A stretch of DNA of 64,000 bases. Origin: Candidatus Cloacimonadota bacterium. Lineage in GTDB: Bacteria > Cloacimonadota > Cloacimonadia > Cloacimonadales > TCS61. Positions 49,227-59,470 of this stretch are shown here, in pieces. Position numbers and translations under genes: made by a program. Numbering within the stretch: the first letter of the stretch is position 1; every line of letters begins with the position of its first letter. The notes below the pieces were generated by a model, which was not told where the DNA came from, searched no databases, and was given only the letters and a program-made list of their open reading frames with translations. The stretch lies in contig JAIORE010000190.1 of assembly GCA_021108315.1 (NCBI GenBank), forward strand, positions 2,736-66,735, in the 5' to 3' direction.

Positions 49227-49856
49227 CTATAATTTTATAGCAATTGTAGCAGGTGATTTCCTACCGATTACTGGTCCGTCAATTACTTCCAATCCTGCTG
49301 ATTCCATATTTCTTCGCACCATTTTTGCACAACTATATGTACTTAATTTTGCTTTTGGTTTCATGATTCGATACATATTTTGAAACACAGATTCAGACCA
49401 CATTTTAGGCTGTTTCTTTGGAGAAAACGGATCAAAGAATATTCTATCGAAATAATTATTTGGTAAAATTTTAATGGATTTCAAAGCATCATCAAGAATA
49501 ATTTTAATTCTATTATTTTGCTTATTACAAATATCGCGAGAATTAGCAATATTGCGAAAACTATCATATTCTTTTTTAATTTCGTCTGGAACTTTTAGAT
49601 TTTTTATCATTTCCAAAATATTAATATCATTTTCCAGTCCAATTATCTCAATATTATTATGATTTTTAAGAGCTAAAATACTATTATAGCCCAACCCAAA
49701 ACAGAAATCCAAAATTTTCATATTGTCTTCAATTCCTAAGGCTTTTACATGCTTTTGCTGTGCTTCCTCAAAAGCTCCTGAGATTGAGTGATAGTGCTCA
49801 TTATAAAGTTGGTTATAAACGGTATATGAACCGTCTTGGGTTAGTTTAAATTCCAA
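49227..49856 (-). CDS. MnmC-N/MnmD-like tRNA methyltransferase
   Basis: TQDGSYT..EHYHSISGAFEEA, FGLGYN, FFDPFSPKKQPKMW and STYSCA motifs. Confidence 0.85.
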   Translation of the reverse strand: MEFKLTQDGSYTVYNQLYNEHYHSISGAFEEAQQKHVKALGIEDNMKILDFCFGLGYNSILALKNHNNIEIIGLENDINILEMIKNLKVPDEIKKEYDSFRNIANSRDICNKQNNRIKIILDDALKSIKILPNNYFDRIFFDPFSPKKQPKMWSESVFQNMYRIMKPKAKLSTYSCAKMVRRNMESAGLEVIDGPVIGRKSPATIAIKL

Positions 49857-50370
49857 TTTGAGAATCCGTTAAAATTTCTACATATAATTCATAACTCTTT
49901 TCACTAAAACAAGTTAAAATTATCTTTTCTAAAGAATCTTCATCTCTAATAAATTTATTAATAGTTTCTAATGCAATTTTTGCTGCTAATTCTTTGGGAA
50001 ATCTGTAAACTCCGGTACTTATTGCCGGAAAAGCAATAGATCTTAATTTGTTCTGAACAGCAATTCGTAAACAATTTTCATAACAACTTCTCAATAATTG
50101 CTCTTCATTATTATTCCCACCTTGCCAAATCGGACCAACTGTGTGAATTACAAATTTTGCAGGAAGATCATAACCTTTTGTGATTTTAGCTTCTCCGGTT
50201 GCACAACCGTTCAAAGAGCGACATTCTGTCAGGAGCATTGATCCAGCTGCTTTATGAATTGCTCCATCAACGCCACCATCACCGAGAAGTAAATTATTGG
50301 CAGCATTAACAATTGCATCTACTTTTAGTGTTGTGATATCTGCTTTTATTATTTCTATTTTTGTTTTCAC
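49846..50370 (-). CDS. Macrodomain protein (O-acetyl-ADP-ribose deacetylase, YmdB-like)
   Basis: DITTLKVDAIVNAAN, VIHTVGP and SIAFPAISTGVY. Confidence 0.92.
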   Translation of the reverse strand: MKTKIEIIKADITTLKVDAIVNAANNLLLGDGGVDGAIHKAAGSMLLTECRSLNGCATGEAKITKGYDLPAKFVIHTVGPIWQGGNNNEEQLLRSCYENCLRIAVQNKLRSIAFPAISTGVYRFPKELAAKIALETINKFIRDEDSLEKIILTCFSEKSYELYVEILTDSQIGI

Positions 50371-50444
50371 TATATTTTTCTCTGCGCTTTTTGCGTCTTA
50401 CCTCATGCGTCTCTGCGTAAACTCTTATTTCTTTTTTTATTTGA

Positions 50445-51662
50445 TTATCCATATTTCAATAATTGATGCATAATTTTTCGATTATTTGCAAAGTTCATAG
50501 CTGTTTCAGGAGTTATCTCAGCAGTTTTGACGAGTCTATAAAGATCTTGCTGCAAAGTAAACATTCCCATGTTTTTCCCTTCGGTAATCATCTGGAAAAT
50601 TTCTGAAATATTGTTATTACGAATTGCAGCTTGAATCGAAGGATTTATCGAAAGAATCCCTTTGGCAAGTGTCAAGCTTCCTCTCCGATTTGGAACAAGT
50701 TTCTGAGAAATAACAACCTTGAGAGTATCAGCGAGACGGAAACGAATTCGCTCTTGTTCATCAGGTGGAAATTCAGCAATTATCCGATGAATACTTTCTA
50801 CGGTAGAGCTAGTATGAAGAGTTGAAAATACTTTATGACCACTGCCGGTAACTTCCAAAACAGTTGAGATGGTTTTTGCATCTCGCATCTCTCCCACAAC
50901 GATAATATCAGGATCCTGCCTGAGGGCTTCAATGGATCCGCTTCCAAAACTTAGCACATCTTCGCCAACTTCACGATGAGTAACCAAACTCTTCTGTGAT
51001 TGATGAATGTATTCAATGGGATTTCCAATAATTATTATGTGAGCATTATTTGTCGTATTATTTAGATTGATTATACTATCAAGTGTCGAACTTTTCCCAG
51101 AGCCGGTTATTCCCGTAATGAGTATTAAACCTGATTTTTCAAATTTCAAATTTACTCTTTTTACAATTGGAGTCGGAAACTGCAAATCTTCCATACTAAA
51201 GAGATCTTGATTTATTAAACGAAAATTTACAGCAAGAGTATTTCTTTCATAAAAGACATCACCTCGAAAGCGAAAGGGAGCTTCATTTTCCTCTAAATAC
51301 ATTGTAATCGAAAAATCTAAATTCTTCTCTTTGAAAAATATCTCCTTCTGTTCAATTGTCAAAATGCTTAATATAATCGCACTAACTTCATCATCTTTAT
51401 ATTTTGGAATATTTTGAGCCGGTGTTTTATCTCCATAAACACGAAACCAAATGTACCCATTAGTTCGAGGTCCACCCAAATCTATATCAGAGGCTTCTTC
51501 ACTGGTCATAATTCTCAGCAGTTTTTTAAGATTGAAATAACACTCCTTTTTCCAATCCGGATTTTCATTTAGCATTGTATTAATTGTTTTTAGACGATAA
51601 GTTCCTATCATCATTTCCGGTAAATTTGCTTGAATATTTTCTATAAAAGACAGATTACTCAT
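50445..51662 (-). CDS. pilT: PilT/PilU-family type IV pilus ATPase
   Basis: Walker A GITGSGKSST, ALRQDPDIIVVGEMRD, GSGHKVFSTLHT and SQKLVP. Confidence 0.85.
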   Translation of the reverse strand: MSNLSFIENIQANLPEMMIGTYRLKTINTMLNENPDWKKECYFNLKKLLRIMTSEEASDIDLGGPRTNGYIWFRVYGDKTPAQNIPKYKDDEVSAIILSILTIEQKEIFFKEKNLDFSITMYLEENEAPFRFRGDVFYERNTLAVNFRLINQDLFSMEDLQFPTPIVKRVNLKFEKSGLILITGITGSGKSSTLDSIINLNNTTNNAHIIIIGNPIEYIHQSQKSLVTHREVGEDVLSFGSGSIEALRQDPDIIVVGEMRDAKTISTVLEVTGSGHKVFSTLHTSSTVESIHRIIAEFPPDEQERIRFRLADTLKVVISQKLVPNRRGSLTLAKGILSINPSIQAAIRNNNISEIFQMITEGKNMGMFTLQQDLYRLVKTAEITPETAMNFANNRKIMHQLLKYG

Positions 51663-51671
51663 AATTCCTCG

Positions 51672-52475
51672 CTATAAATATCTCAAAACATCTTTTCCTT
51701 CTACACCAGCATATAGTTCAATATATTTTTTGACCGGACTACTGGCAATTTTGGGATACAAGACTTCTTCAATTTGAAAAAAACCAACAGATTGGCTCAT
51801 ATCAACGAGTATCTTTATCGGCTTTCTATCACCCTTAATAATATTAACTTTTAGAATCGCCCGAGATGAATATTTATGAATATCACCTACTTGAGGTTTG
51901 GTAGAAAGCAGTGTTGTAATGCGTGCTCTTCCTTTTTCCATATCGCAACCATCTCCAACCAAAACTAATCCGGCTTCCAAAGAATGAATCGTTTGAGTCG
52001 CCATATGCCCAAAAATTCCTTCAATTATCATTGATCTCAAAATTACTTGTTTTTTTAAATTATTTCTATAAAATACTTTTAAAATTCTATTAATTATTGG
52101 TAGTGCAATATCCACACTTAAAAATTCGTGTTTATTACGAGCTACAGTCATTCCCAGATCGTGTAATAAAGTAGCTATCAAAACGACAATCTTACTATCT
52201 TCAAGAGTTCCCAAACTCTCTTTTTCCAAGTTAAATTTAATCTCAGCAAAAGCCAATAATTCGAACATTTTTAGTGCATTCAAAGCTGCAGTTCTCATAT
52301 GAACCGGTCCATGATCATTAAAGCCCAATCTTTTTATAGAAACAACATTTGCATAATCCTGCAAAATTTGTATCTCTTCATCATTAAAAATATATTTTAC
52401 TACTTCAAGGGTCTTTCCTGATAATTTAAGTAAAATTTTTTTTTCTAGCTGTTCTTGCTTTATGGATTTTTTCAT
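51672..52475 (-). CDS. HD-domain phosphohydrolase (COG3294-like)
   Basis: NDHGPVH, LHDLG and DGCDMEKGRAR motifs; start at ATG 52475 after a GGGAG RBS. Confidence 0.85.
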   Translation of the reverse strand: MKKSIKQEQLEKKILLKLSGKTLEVVKYIFNDEEIQILQDYANVVSIKRLGFNDHGPVHMRTAALNALKMFELLAFAEIKFNLEKESLGTLEDSKIVVLIATLLHDLGMTVARNKHEFLSVDIALPIINRILKVFYRNNLKKQVILRSMIIEGIFGHMATQTIHSLEAGLVLVGDGCDMEKGRARITTLLSTKPQVGDIHKYSSRAILKVNIIKGDRKPIKILVDMSQSVGFFQIEEVLYPKIASSPVKKYIELYAGVEGKDVLRYL

Positions 52476-52701
52476 ATATCTCCCATTATGTTTTTTATTA
52501 TTTGATGTTATATTTTTTATAAATCCTTTAATTTTTTCCACCTTTTCTAAAATTATTAAATAAAAAGTTTTAGTAATAATTATTTACTTGGATACCATTT
52601 CTTTTGGAATATCTTTTTTTGCAACAAAATTATTGACACCGAATTCCCCAAAAATAATTTGGCGATCACTTATGATTTAAGTGTATAGAAGTGAATTTTA
52701 T

Positions 52702-52776
52702 GGTCCAGTAACTCAGCGGTAGAGTATCTGCCTTTTAAGCAGAGAGTCGATGGTTCGATCCCATCCTGGATCACCA
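52702..52776 (+). tRNA. tRNA-Lys(TTT)
   Basis: Cloverleaf with acceptor GGTCCAG/CTGGATC, anticodon arm TCTGC-CTTTTAA-GCAGA, GGTTCGATCC T-loop and encoded CCA. Confidence 0.96.
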
Positions 52777-52787
52777 TATTAAGTAGT

Positions 52788-52862
52788 GTCCCGTTCGTCT
52801 AGTGGTTAGGACTCAGGATTTTCATTCCTGCAACAGGAGTTCAATTCTCCTACGGGATACCA
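52788..52862 (+). tRNA. tRNA-Glu(TTC)
   Basis: Acceptor GTCCCGT/ACGGGAT, anticodon arm CAGGA-TTTTCAT-TCCTG, GTTCAATT T-loop and CCA end. Confidence 0.96.
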
Positions 52863-52868
52863 ATCTTT

Positions 52869-52901
52869 AAAGCCATTCATTTATTTGAATGGCTTTTTTT
52901 T
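52869..52901. terminator. Terminator between the convergent tRNA pair and polA
   Basis: AAAGCCATTCA-loop-TGAATGGCTTT followed by a T run. Confidence 0.85.
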
Positions 52902-52986
52902 ATTTAGAAAATATTTATCTTTTTTTCTTAGTCTGTGAAAGTCTGTGGCAAAAAATCTTCTTTAGATCTTCTGAACTTCGCAGTTA

Positions 52987-55701
52987 TCAGTGAGCTTCAA
53001 ACCAATTTGCTCCAACTCCAACATCAACTTTTAATTTTACTAAATCGGTTAAATCTTGACCTAAAACAGATTCCATTTCAGTAGTTATCAAAGCTTTTGC
53101 ATCATCCAAAACAGATTTATGTACTTCAAAAACCAATTCATCGTGCACTTGACTTATCATTTTGATCTTATCATTATTTTTGATTTTCCGGTGAATAGTT
53201 ATCATCGCAATTTTAATAATATCGGCAGCACTTCCTTGAATCGGCATATTCACGGCAACTCTTTCGGATTCTTTGATTTTCATTTTGTTAGAACCTGATA
53301 AATGCGGTAAAAACAGCCTACGTCCAAAAATAGTTTCAGCAAATCCATTTACTTTTGCTTTTTCTATACTTTCAGCGATATAATTCTTAATTGTTGGGAA
53401 ATTAGCGAAGTAGTTTTCTATAAATTCTTTTGCTTCTGAACGAGTAATATCAAGTTCCTTAGATATCCGAAAAGATCCCATTCCATAAATCAAACCAAAA
53501 TTTATTATCTTAGAATATCGTCTTTGTTCAGAACTGATCTGCTCAATCGGTAAGTCAAAAATTACGCTCGCAGTTTGACTATGAATATCTCCATTTTCGC
53601 GGAAAGTTTTGATCATTTTTTCATCTTTTGATAAAATAGCCAGTAGACGTAATTCAATTTGGGAATAATCAGCAGCAATGATCAGGTAATCATCATCTTT
53701 TGCCGAAAAAGCTTTACGAATTTCTCTTCCTGCTGCTGTGCGAATAGGAATATTTTGTAAATTGGGATTTGAACTGGATAATCTTCCAGTAGAAGCTACA
53801 GTCTGATTGAATGATGAATTTATTCTATTTGATATTGGATTTATTAATTTGGGAAGTGCTTTCACATAAGTGGATTCCAATTTTGAAATCTGACGATATT
53901 CGATAAGATATTCAGCAATTTTATGTTCTTTTGCTAAAATTTCCAGAACAGATACATCTGTCGAAAATCCTGTTTTAGTTTTCTTGATCGGAGTAATTCC
54001 CATCTCTTCAAAAAATAATTTTCCTAATTGTTGAGTTGAATTTAAATTAAATTGATAGCCTGCAATTTCATAAATTTTATGAGTAAGTTTACCCAGCTTT
54101 CTTTGATTTTTATGAGAAATTTCAATTAAAATATTCTCATCAATGTTTACTCCGTTTTTCTCCATTTTTGCAATAACTTTTAGAAGAGGAAGTTCGATAT
54201 TATTATACAGATTCCACAGTTCATTTTGAATAAGCTGATCTTTAAATTTTTCATATAGAATAAAAGTACACCAAGCATCTTCGGCAGCATAAAACGAAGC
54301 AGTTTTCACATCAACCAGATCAAATGTTATCTGTTTTTTCCCTTTTCCAATTAATTGCGAAATTGGCATCATCTCATATCCAAATTCATTTTTTGCACAG
54401 TTTTCTAATGAATGTCTTTCGGAAGGATGCAAAAGATAATGAGAGATAATTGTATCAAAAAAATTATTTCTAATTTTCCAACCAGCTCGCTCAAGTACAA
54501 TGTAATCATACTTTAAATTATGTCCGACAATTTCCTGAGATTCCAGAATTTTTGATAATTCCGTCAGAACTGTATCTTTATTTAGATTTTTTGCCATTTG
54601 ATGAGCGATAGGAATATAATAAGCCTTTTCATTATCTGCACAGATGGAAATTCCGACAAGATCAGCTCGAAACGGATTTATTGAAGTCGTTTCAGTATCA
54701 AGTGCTACAATCTTTTTAGTTTGAAGATATTGTAAAAGTTCAGCAAATTTTTCCTCCGAATCTACCACAATAGTTTCAAATTTTTGTTCAGGTTTACCAT
54801 TTTTCGGATAAAAATCAAATTCCAATTCAGATGAGCGTGGATCATATAAATTCAGCTTTTTGATTACGGAATCAAGTTCATATTCTTTTAGAAAAAAGAA
54901 AGCGTTTTGAAAGTTATTCTTTGAAAAATTAAATTCATAATTATCTGAAATCTTTAATGGTACTTCTGTGACAATTGTAGCTAATTTTTGTGAAAGAAAC
55001 GCATCTTCTTGTGAAGTTTCCAACTTATTGACAATATTTTTTGATTTGATATTCGAGATATTTTCATAAATATTTTTAAGTGAACCGAATTCATTTAATA
55101 ATTTTTCAGCCCCTTTTTTACCAATACCTTTTACTCCGGGAATATTATCGGCATTATCACCACAAATTGCCAGATAATCTATAAATTGAGAAGGAGATAC
55201 ACCAAATCTCTCAACAACATCATCAACCCGAATATCCTTGTCTTTGCTCGGGTCATAAAGTGAAATATCATCATCTACTAATTGAGCAAAATCTTTATCG
55301 CCACTCACAATTATTATTTTAAACTTATTTTTGAATTTTTCTGCTAAAGTAGCTAATGTATCATCTGCTTCGTAGCCTGCCACCGAAATTTCAGGAATTC
55401 CAATTTTATCAAAAAAGCTTTTTATAGGCTCAATCTGCTGAATCAATTCATCTGGTGTTGGCGGACGATTTGCCTTGTAAGTATCTGTGATCTTATGCCG
55501 AAATGTTTTCTCCTTTCTATCGAAAGAGATAGCGATATGATTTGTCTGAAATTTGTTAATCAATTTTGTAAATATATTTATAGTTCCGAATATTGCACTT
55601 GTGTTCATTCCCGTGCTATTAAAAAGTGGATTTCTGATAAAAGCAAAATGTGATCGGTAAATCAGAGCGGTTCCGTCAATTAAGAGAAGTGTTTCTTTCA
55701 T
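52987..55701 (-). CDS. polA: DNA polymerase I
   Basis: 5'-3' exonuclease (LIDGTALIYRS, GYEADD, SGDKD), 3'-5' exonuclease (LDTETT) and polymerase motifs ADYSQIELR, KIINFGLIYG, QVHDELVFE. Confidence 0.98.
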   Translation of the reverse strand: MKETLLLIDGTALIYRSHFAFIRNPLFNSTGMNTSAIFGTINIFTKLINKFQTNHIAISFDRKEKTFRHKITDTYKANRPPTPDELIQQIEPIKSFFDKIGIPEISVAGYEADDTLATLAEKFKNKFKIIIVSGDKDFAQLVDDDISLYDPSKDKDIRVDDVVERFGVSPSQFIDYLAICGDNADNIPGVKGIGKKGAEKLLNEFGSLKNIYENISNIKSKNIVNKLETSQEDAFLSQKLATIVTEVPLKISDNYEFNFSKNNFQNAFFFLKEYELDSVIKKLNLYDPRSSELEFDFYPKNGKPEQKFETIVVDSEEKFAELLQYLQTKKIVALDTETTSINPFRADLVGISICADNEKAYYIPIAHQMAKNLNKDTVLTELSKILESQEIVGHNLKYDYIVLERAGWKIRNNFFDTIISHYLLHPSERHSLENCAKNEFGYEMMPISQLIGKGKKQITFDLVDVKTASFYAAEDAWCTFILYEKFKDQLIQNELWNLYNNIELPLLKVIAKMEKNGVNIDENILIEISHKNQRKLGKLTHKIYEIAGYQFNLNSTQQLGKLFFEEMGITPIKKTKTGFSTDVSVLEILAKEHKIAEYLIEYRQISKLESTYVKALPKLINPISNRINSSFNQTVASTGRLSSSNPNLQNIPIRTAAGREIRKAFSAKDDDYLIIAADYSQIELRLLAILSKDEKMIKTFRENGDIHSQTASVIFDLPIEQISSEQRRYSKIINFGLIYGMGSFRISKELDITRSEAKEFIENYFANFPTIKNYIAESIEKAKVNGFAETIFGRRLFLPHLSGSNKMKIKESERVAVNMPIQGSAADIIKIAMITIHRKIKNNDKIKMISQVHDELVFEVHKSVLDDAKALITTEMESVLGQDLTDLVKLKVDVGVGANWFEAH

Positions 55702-55775
55702 ATTTCCCTCGTAGAGCAATATTCCAATGTTGCAAAAAGCATTTTTGGAAAATTGCCCTACAACTATTTTACAAA

Positions 55776-56072
55776 TTAACTTATACTTTTGAATCCAATG
55801 TCTTTTTCACCTGATTTTCCAAAAAGTTTAATCTCTCCGAATTGGTCTTCAAATTTATCAACATTCTTTTTTAAAAGATCCAAAAGTTGTTTTGCTTGTT
55901 GAGGTGTAGTAATTATTCTGCTTAATATTTTTGCATTTGGAAGTCCCGGAGCGATTCTTCCGCAATCAATTACGAATTCATTTGGTGAATTTGAGATCAT
56001 AAAGAAGTTTGCATAAACTCCTTCTCCAATTTTTTCATCAATTTTAATGTTCAGTTTGTTTTTGGGTTGCAT
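55776..56072 (-). CDS. DUF3467-family protein
   Basis: GVYANFFMIS.SPNEFVID...SRIITTPQQAK pattern. Confidence 0.8.
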   Translation of the reverse strand: MQPKNKLNIKIDEKIGEGVYANFFMISNSPNEFVIDCGRIAPGLPNAKILSRIITTPQQAKQLLDLLKKNVDKFEDQFGEIKLFGKSGEKDIGFKSIS

Positions 56073-56179
56073 TTTATTTTCTCCTTAATTTAAAATTTTT
56101 TTTGCCACGGACAAGACACAGACTAAAAAAATTATAAATTTTAAATTATATTTTTTTTGCGTTCTTAGCGTCTTTACGG

Positions 56180-56668
56180 CTAAATTTTCTTATATTTCAT
56201 TTTTTTTATTAATGCTTCTTCTACACAATCAGGAATCAAATCTTTTATACTTCCACCTAATTTTATCACTTGCCGAACCATTGTTGAACTAAGATACAAA
56301 TATTTATTATCCGGAACAAAAAATATAGTTTCTATTTTTTCATAGAGCTTTTTGTTCATTAATGCTTGTGACAATTCATATTCAAAATCAGATATTGCAC
56401 GTAAACCACGAATCATTGTAACTGCACCCATCTTTTTTGCAAATTCCACAACAAGACCATCAAATTTCATTATTTTGATTCCTTTAATACTACTTGTCAC
56501 TACTTTGCAAATTTCTTCACGTTCATCTAACGAAAAAATTGTGTCTTTCCCTGTTTCGGAAGCAACAGCTAAAATTACTTCATCAAAAATTTTGGTAGCT
56601 TTCTTTAAAATATCTATATGACCATTTGTGATAGGATCAAAAGTTCCAGGATAAATAGCTATTTTCAT
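56180..56668 (-). CDS. coaD: Phosphopantetheine adenylyltransferase
   Basis: IYPGTFDPITNGHIDI, IRGLRAISDFEYE and LSSTMVR. Confidence 0.97.
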   Translation of the reverse strand: MKIAIYPGTFDPITNGHIDILKKATKIFDEVILAVASETGKDTIFSLDEREEICKVVTSSIKGIKIMKFDGLVVEFAKKMGAVTMIRGLRAISDFEYELSQALMNKKLYEKIETIFFVPDNKYLYLSSTMVRQVIKLGGSIKDLIPDCVEEALIKKMKYKKI

Positions 56669-56676
56669 ATTTGTTC

Positions 56677-57900
56677 TCATTTTGCACATAATTTTTCTAA
56701 TTCTTCGATTTCTTTGGGAATATTTTCCGATAAAATTTTGAATCCTGTTTTAGTTACCAGAATATCATCTTCAATTCTCACACCTATTTTTTCTTCCGGA
56801 ATGTAAATCCCCGGTTCAACTGTGATCACATTTCCGGGCTTCAAAGTAATATTTCGATCACCGACATCGTGAGTATCCAATCCTAAAAAATGTCCAAAAC
56901 CGTGCATATAATATTTAGTTCTCTCTTTTTTATCTTTGATTAAGCCAAGTTCAAATAAGGCTTTTGTAATAAGTTCATTTGTTTTTTTATTTAGTTCTTC
57001 AAAACTTATTCCCGGCTTGATCATTTCAATTATATTTTTTTGAATACTTAGTACTTGTTCATAAACTTCTTTCTGACGAGCAGTGAATTTACCATTTACA
57101 GGAAAAGTTCTAGAAATATCCGCACTATAATTATTACAAGCAGCTCCCACATCCAAAAGCACAAGAGAATTTTCTTGAATTTTAGAATTATTCTCTTCAT
57201 AATGCAAAGTTGTAGCATTTACTTCGGAAGCAATAATTGATTTAAAACCAACGTGACGCAAACCAGAACCTATTATCTCTTTATACAAGATCGCTTCCAA
57301 TTCATATTCATTCATTCCACTTTTGGCGTTTTTATATATTTCAATTATTCCTTTTCCAGTAACATCTATTGCTCTTTGAAGTTGCGATATTTCATATTCG
57401 TCTTTTATGCTTCTGGGCAGTGAGATTATATTATTTAAATCCTTTATTTGAAGCGAAGGCATGCTTCTAATTGCTTTCTGAATAAATTCTTGAGAACGGT
57501 TGATTAGCGATGAAAATGGAGTAATAGCTTTATTTACATATAAAGTATTGATCGAAAATAAAAAGTTATTTATATTAAAATCGAATTCATCCAAATATTT
57601 TACTGTGTCAATACCTGTTAGCTTTTTTGCTTTCTCAGGTTCAATTTTTTTCCCTTCCCAAACAATTCGCTCAGGAATATTTCTCTCAATAAAAAGAGTA
57701 ATGACTGTTTTTTTTTTTCGCTTACAAATAGTTAGTATTGCATCAGGAATTTCCAAACCTGTGAGATAATAGAAATTTTTATCCTGCAAAAAATATCGCG
57801 GATAGCTAGATCTGGAAGCTGCAAAAATTATTGCAGTTTGATCTAATTTCATAGCTTTAATTAATTTTTTCCTTCTACTTTCAAATATTGCTTTTTCCAT
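56677..57900 (-). CDS. pepP: Xaa-Pro aminopeptidase (M24B)
   Basis: QDKNFYYLTG, LLDVGA...ADISRTFP, HGFGHFLGLDTHD, TVEPGIY and VRIEDD. Confidence 0.92.
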   Translation of the reverse strand: MEKAIFESRRKKLIKAMKLDQTAIIFAASRSSYPRYFLQDKNFYYLTGLEIPDAILTICKRKKKTVITLFIERNIPERIVWEGKKIEPEKAKKLTGIDTVKYLDEFDFNINNFLFSINTLYVNKAITPFSSLINRSQEFIQKAIRSMPSLQIKDLNNIISLPRSIKDEYEISQLQRAIDVTGKGIIEIYKNAKSGMNEYELEAILYKEIIGSGLRHVGFKSIIASEVNATTLHYEENNSKIQENSLVLLDVGAACNNYSADISRTFPVNGKFTARQKEVYEQVLSIQKNIIEMIKPGISFEELNKKTNELITKALFELGLIKDKKERTKYYMHGFGHFLGLDTHDVGDRNITLKPGNVITVEPGIYIPEEKIGVRIEDDILVTKTGFKILSENIPKEIEELEKLCAK

Positions 57901-59129
57901 TATTCGTTACCTCCGATAATTAGATTTCCATAAATTCCATCGTATCCGGGTGGTTCAAAAAAGAAATTTCTCTTCTGAACTGCTAAAATGGAATTGATCG
58001 TTTTTGGGAGAACTCTTTTGTCAAGCAGTTCCTTTACATCTTCCGAAAACCATAATTGAATTTCCGAATCATATATTTGCATTATTTCAAAAAAAATAGC
58101 CCTCACTTTTTGCGAATTCAACGTCTTTATTCCTAATGAGTTGGCAATCACTTCTATCAATGGAATCAAATGAATAAATTTTCTTTCTTTTGGTTTGATC
58201 GTATTATCTTTTAGCTGATTGCAACGCTGTTTTACACCTAACAACATCTTTTTATTGCAAACAGGACATATTAAATCTTTCGGAACTTCATCAGAATAAA
58301 TAATCGGTTCAGTATGGTGAGGACGATTATTGCGATGTCCGGTAAGATAATATCTTCCTTCGGCTGGATTGAATTCTACAGTAGCAATTACATTATTTTT
58401 TCGTAATGCTTCAATGATGGAAAGATAATCAATTTTTGTTACATTAATAAAAGTAAATTCTCTTCCGATTCTGTTCAAGGCAGCACTATGGCAATCACTA
58501 TTTGAGATCATCGTTAATTCTGCAAAGTCTGGAATCATTGCCAGCATTTCCGGATCAGCACTTAATCCGGTTTCAATACAATGTATATTCCCTGTAAAAT
58601 TTCCATAAAATTCTATAATGGATTTCAAATTGTTTTTACTGCCCATAATTCCATCAGGAGTCATTACGTGAGCAGGTAAAATTTCAATCAATGGATCAAT
58701 GGCTTGGATTGAATAAAGTTGATATTCAAGTTCTTTTTGGTTATTACTAACGATAAATGGACGACCAATTGTATTTTTCATCTGCCATTTCTCCATCAAT
58801 AAACTAAGTTTATCTATTGAAGCAAAATCAGGGAAAAATATCAAGTGATGAGCGATTGTTTTATTTTTATAACCTTTTAACCGAGTGGAAAAAATAACTT
58901 CTGTTTGTAAAAGAAATTTTTTATTATCATTGGGAAGTGAAAATAAGCCTGTTGTGACTTCCTTTAAGGATTTTTTTAGCTCTTCTGTTCGAGGAGGAAA
59001 AAGGCAATCACCAGTACCAAAAACATCAATTCCTTTGAGTTTCATAGTTCGAGAAACATCTTCTAACGATATTTGTCCAACTCCGCCTGCATATCCGGAA
59101 TGTGAATGTAGATCAACAGCAATTTTCAT
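57900..59129 (-). CDS. PHP-fold endonuclease Q-family protein
   Basis: DLHSHS, PAHVMTP, ETGLSADP, SNSDCHS...IGRE, CPVC and PPGYDGIYG. Confidence 0.8.
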   Translation of the reverse strand: MKIAVDLHSHSGYAGGVGQISLEDVSRTMKLKGIDVFGTGDCLFPPRTEELKKSLKEVTTGLFSLPNDNKKFLLQTEVIFSTRLKGYKNKTIAHHLIFFPDFASIDKLSLLMEKWQMKNTIGRPFIVSNNQKELEYQLYSIQAIDPLIEILPAHVMTPDGIMGSKNNLKSIIEFYGNFTGNIHCIETGLSADPEMLAMIPDFAELTMISNSDCHSAALNRIGREFTFINVTKIDYLSIIEALRKNNVIATVEFNPAEGRYYLTGHRNNRPHHTEPIIYSDEVPKDLICPVCNKKMLLGVKQRCNQLKDNTIKPKERKFIHLIPLIEVIANSLGIKTLNSQKVRAIFFEIMQIYDSEIQLWFSEDVKELLDKRVLPKTINSILAVQKRNFFFEPPGYDGIYGNLIIGGNE

Positions 59130-59186
59130 TCTTTTATATTTATTTGCATAGTCATTGTGTGCTCTAAATCTCTAGTTTCAAATCAA

Positions 59187-59263
59187 GTATCACAAACCAA
59201 TCCTGTTTGTATTTTTTGCATAAACAGGATGAGCTTACGTAGGTTTTCGGCTGTTTGTGATAC
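59187..59263. ncRNA. Candidate structured RNA/DNA element (three-way junction)
   Basis: Perfect 11-bp outer stem GTATCACAAAC/GTTTGTGATAC encloses a perfect 9-bp stem ATCCTGTTT/AAACAGGAT and a short AGC/GCT stem. No family recognised. Confidence 0.4.
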
Positions 59264-59470
59264 ATTCTGGTATTCGTCATTTGATTTACAACTACAAAAC
59301 CTCATCCTAACCTTCTCCTTGAAAAAAGGAGAAGGAACAATACGGAATAAACCAAATTAACAAAATCATACTTGACATAACACGAATATGAAATTCTTCA
59401 TCGTCACATATATTAACATTCAGAAAGCATACAGACAGTAAGAATGATTATTAAATTATAGCTTTAAAAC

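Noticed and set aside
52702-52862. tRNA as integration site of a prophage or island
   Set aside because: No duplicated tRNA 3' end and no integrase in the window; the flanks are housekeeping genes.
59157-59360. 67-aa plus-strand ORF over the structured element
   Set aside because: GTG start without RBS, runs through two hairpin elements, and has no protein-like features.
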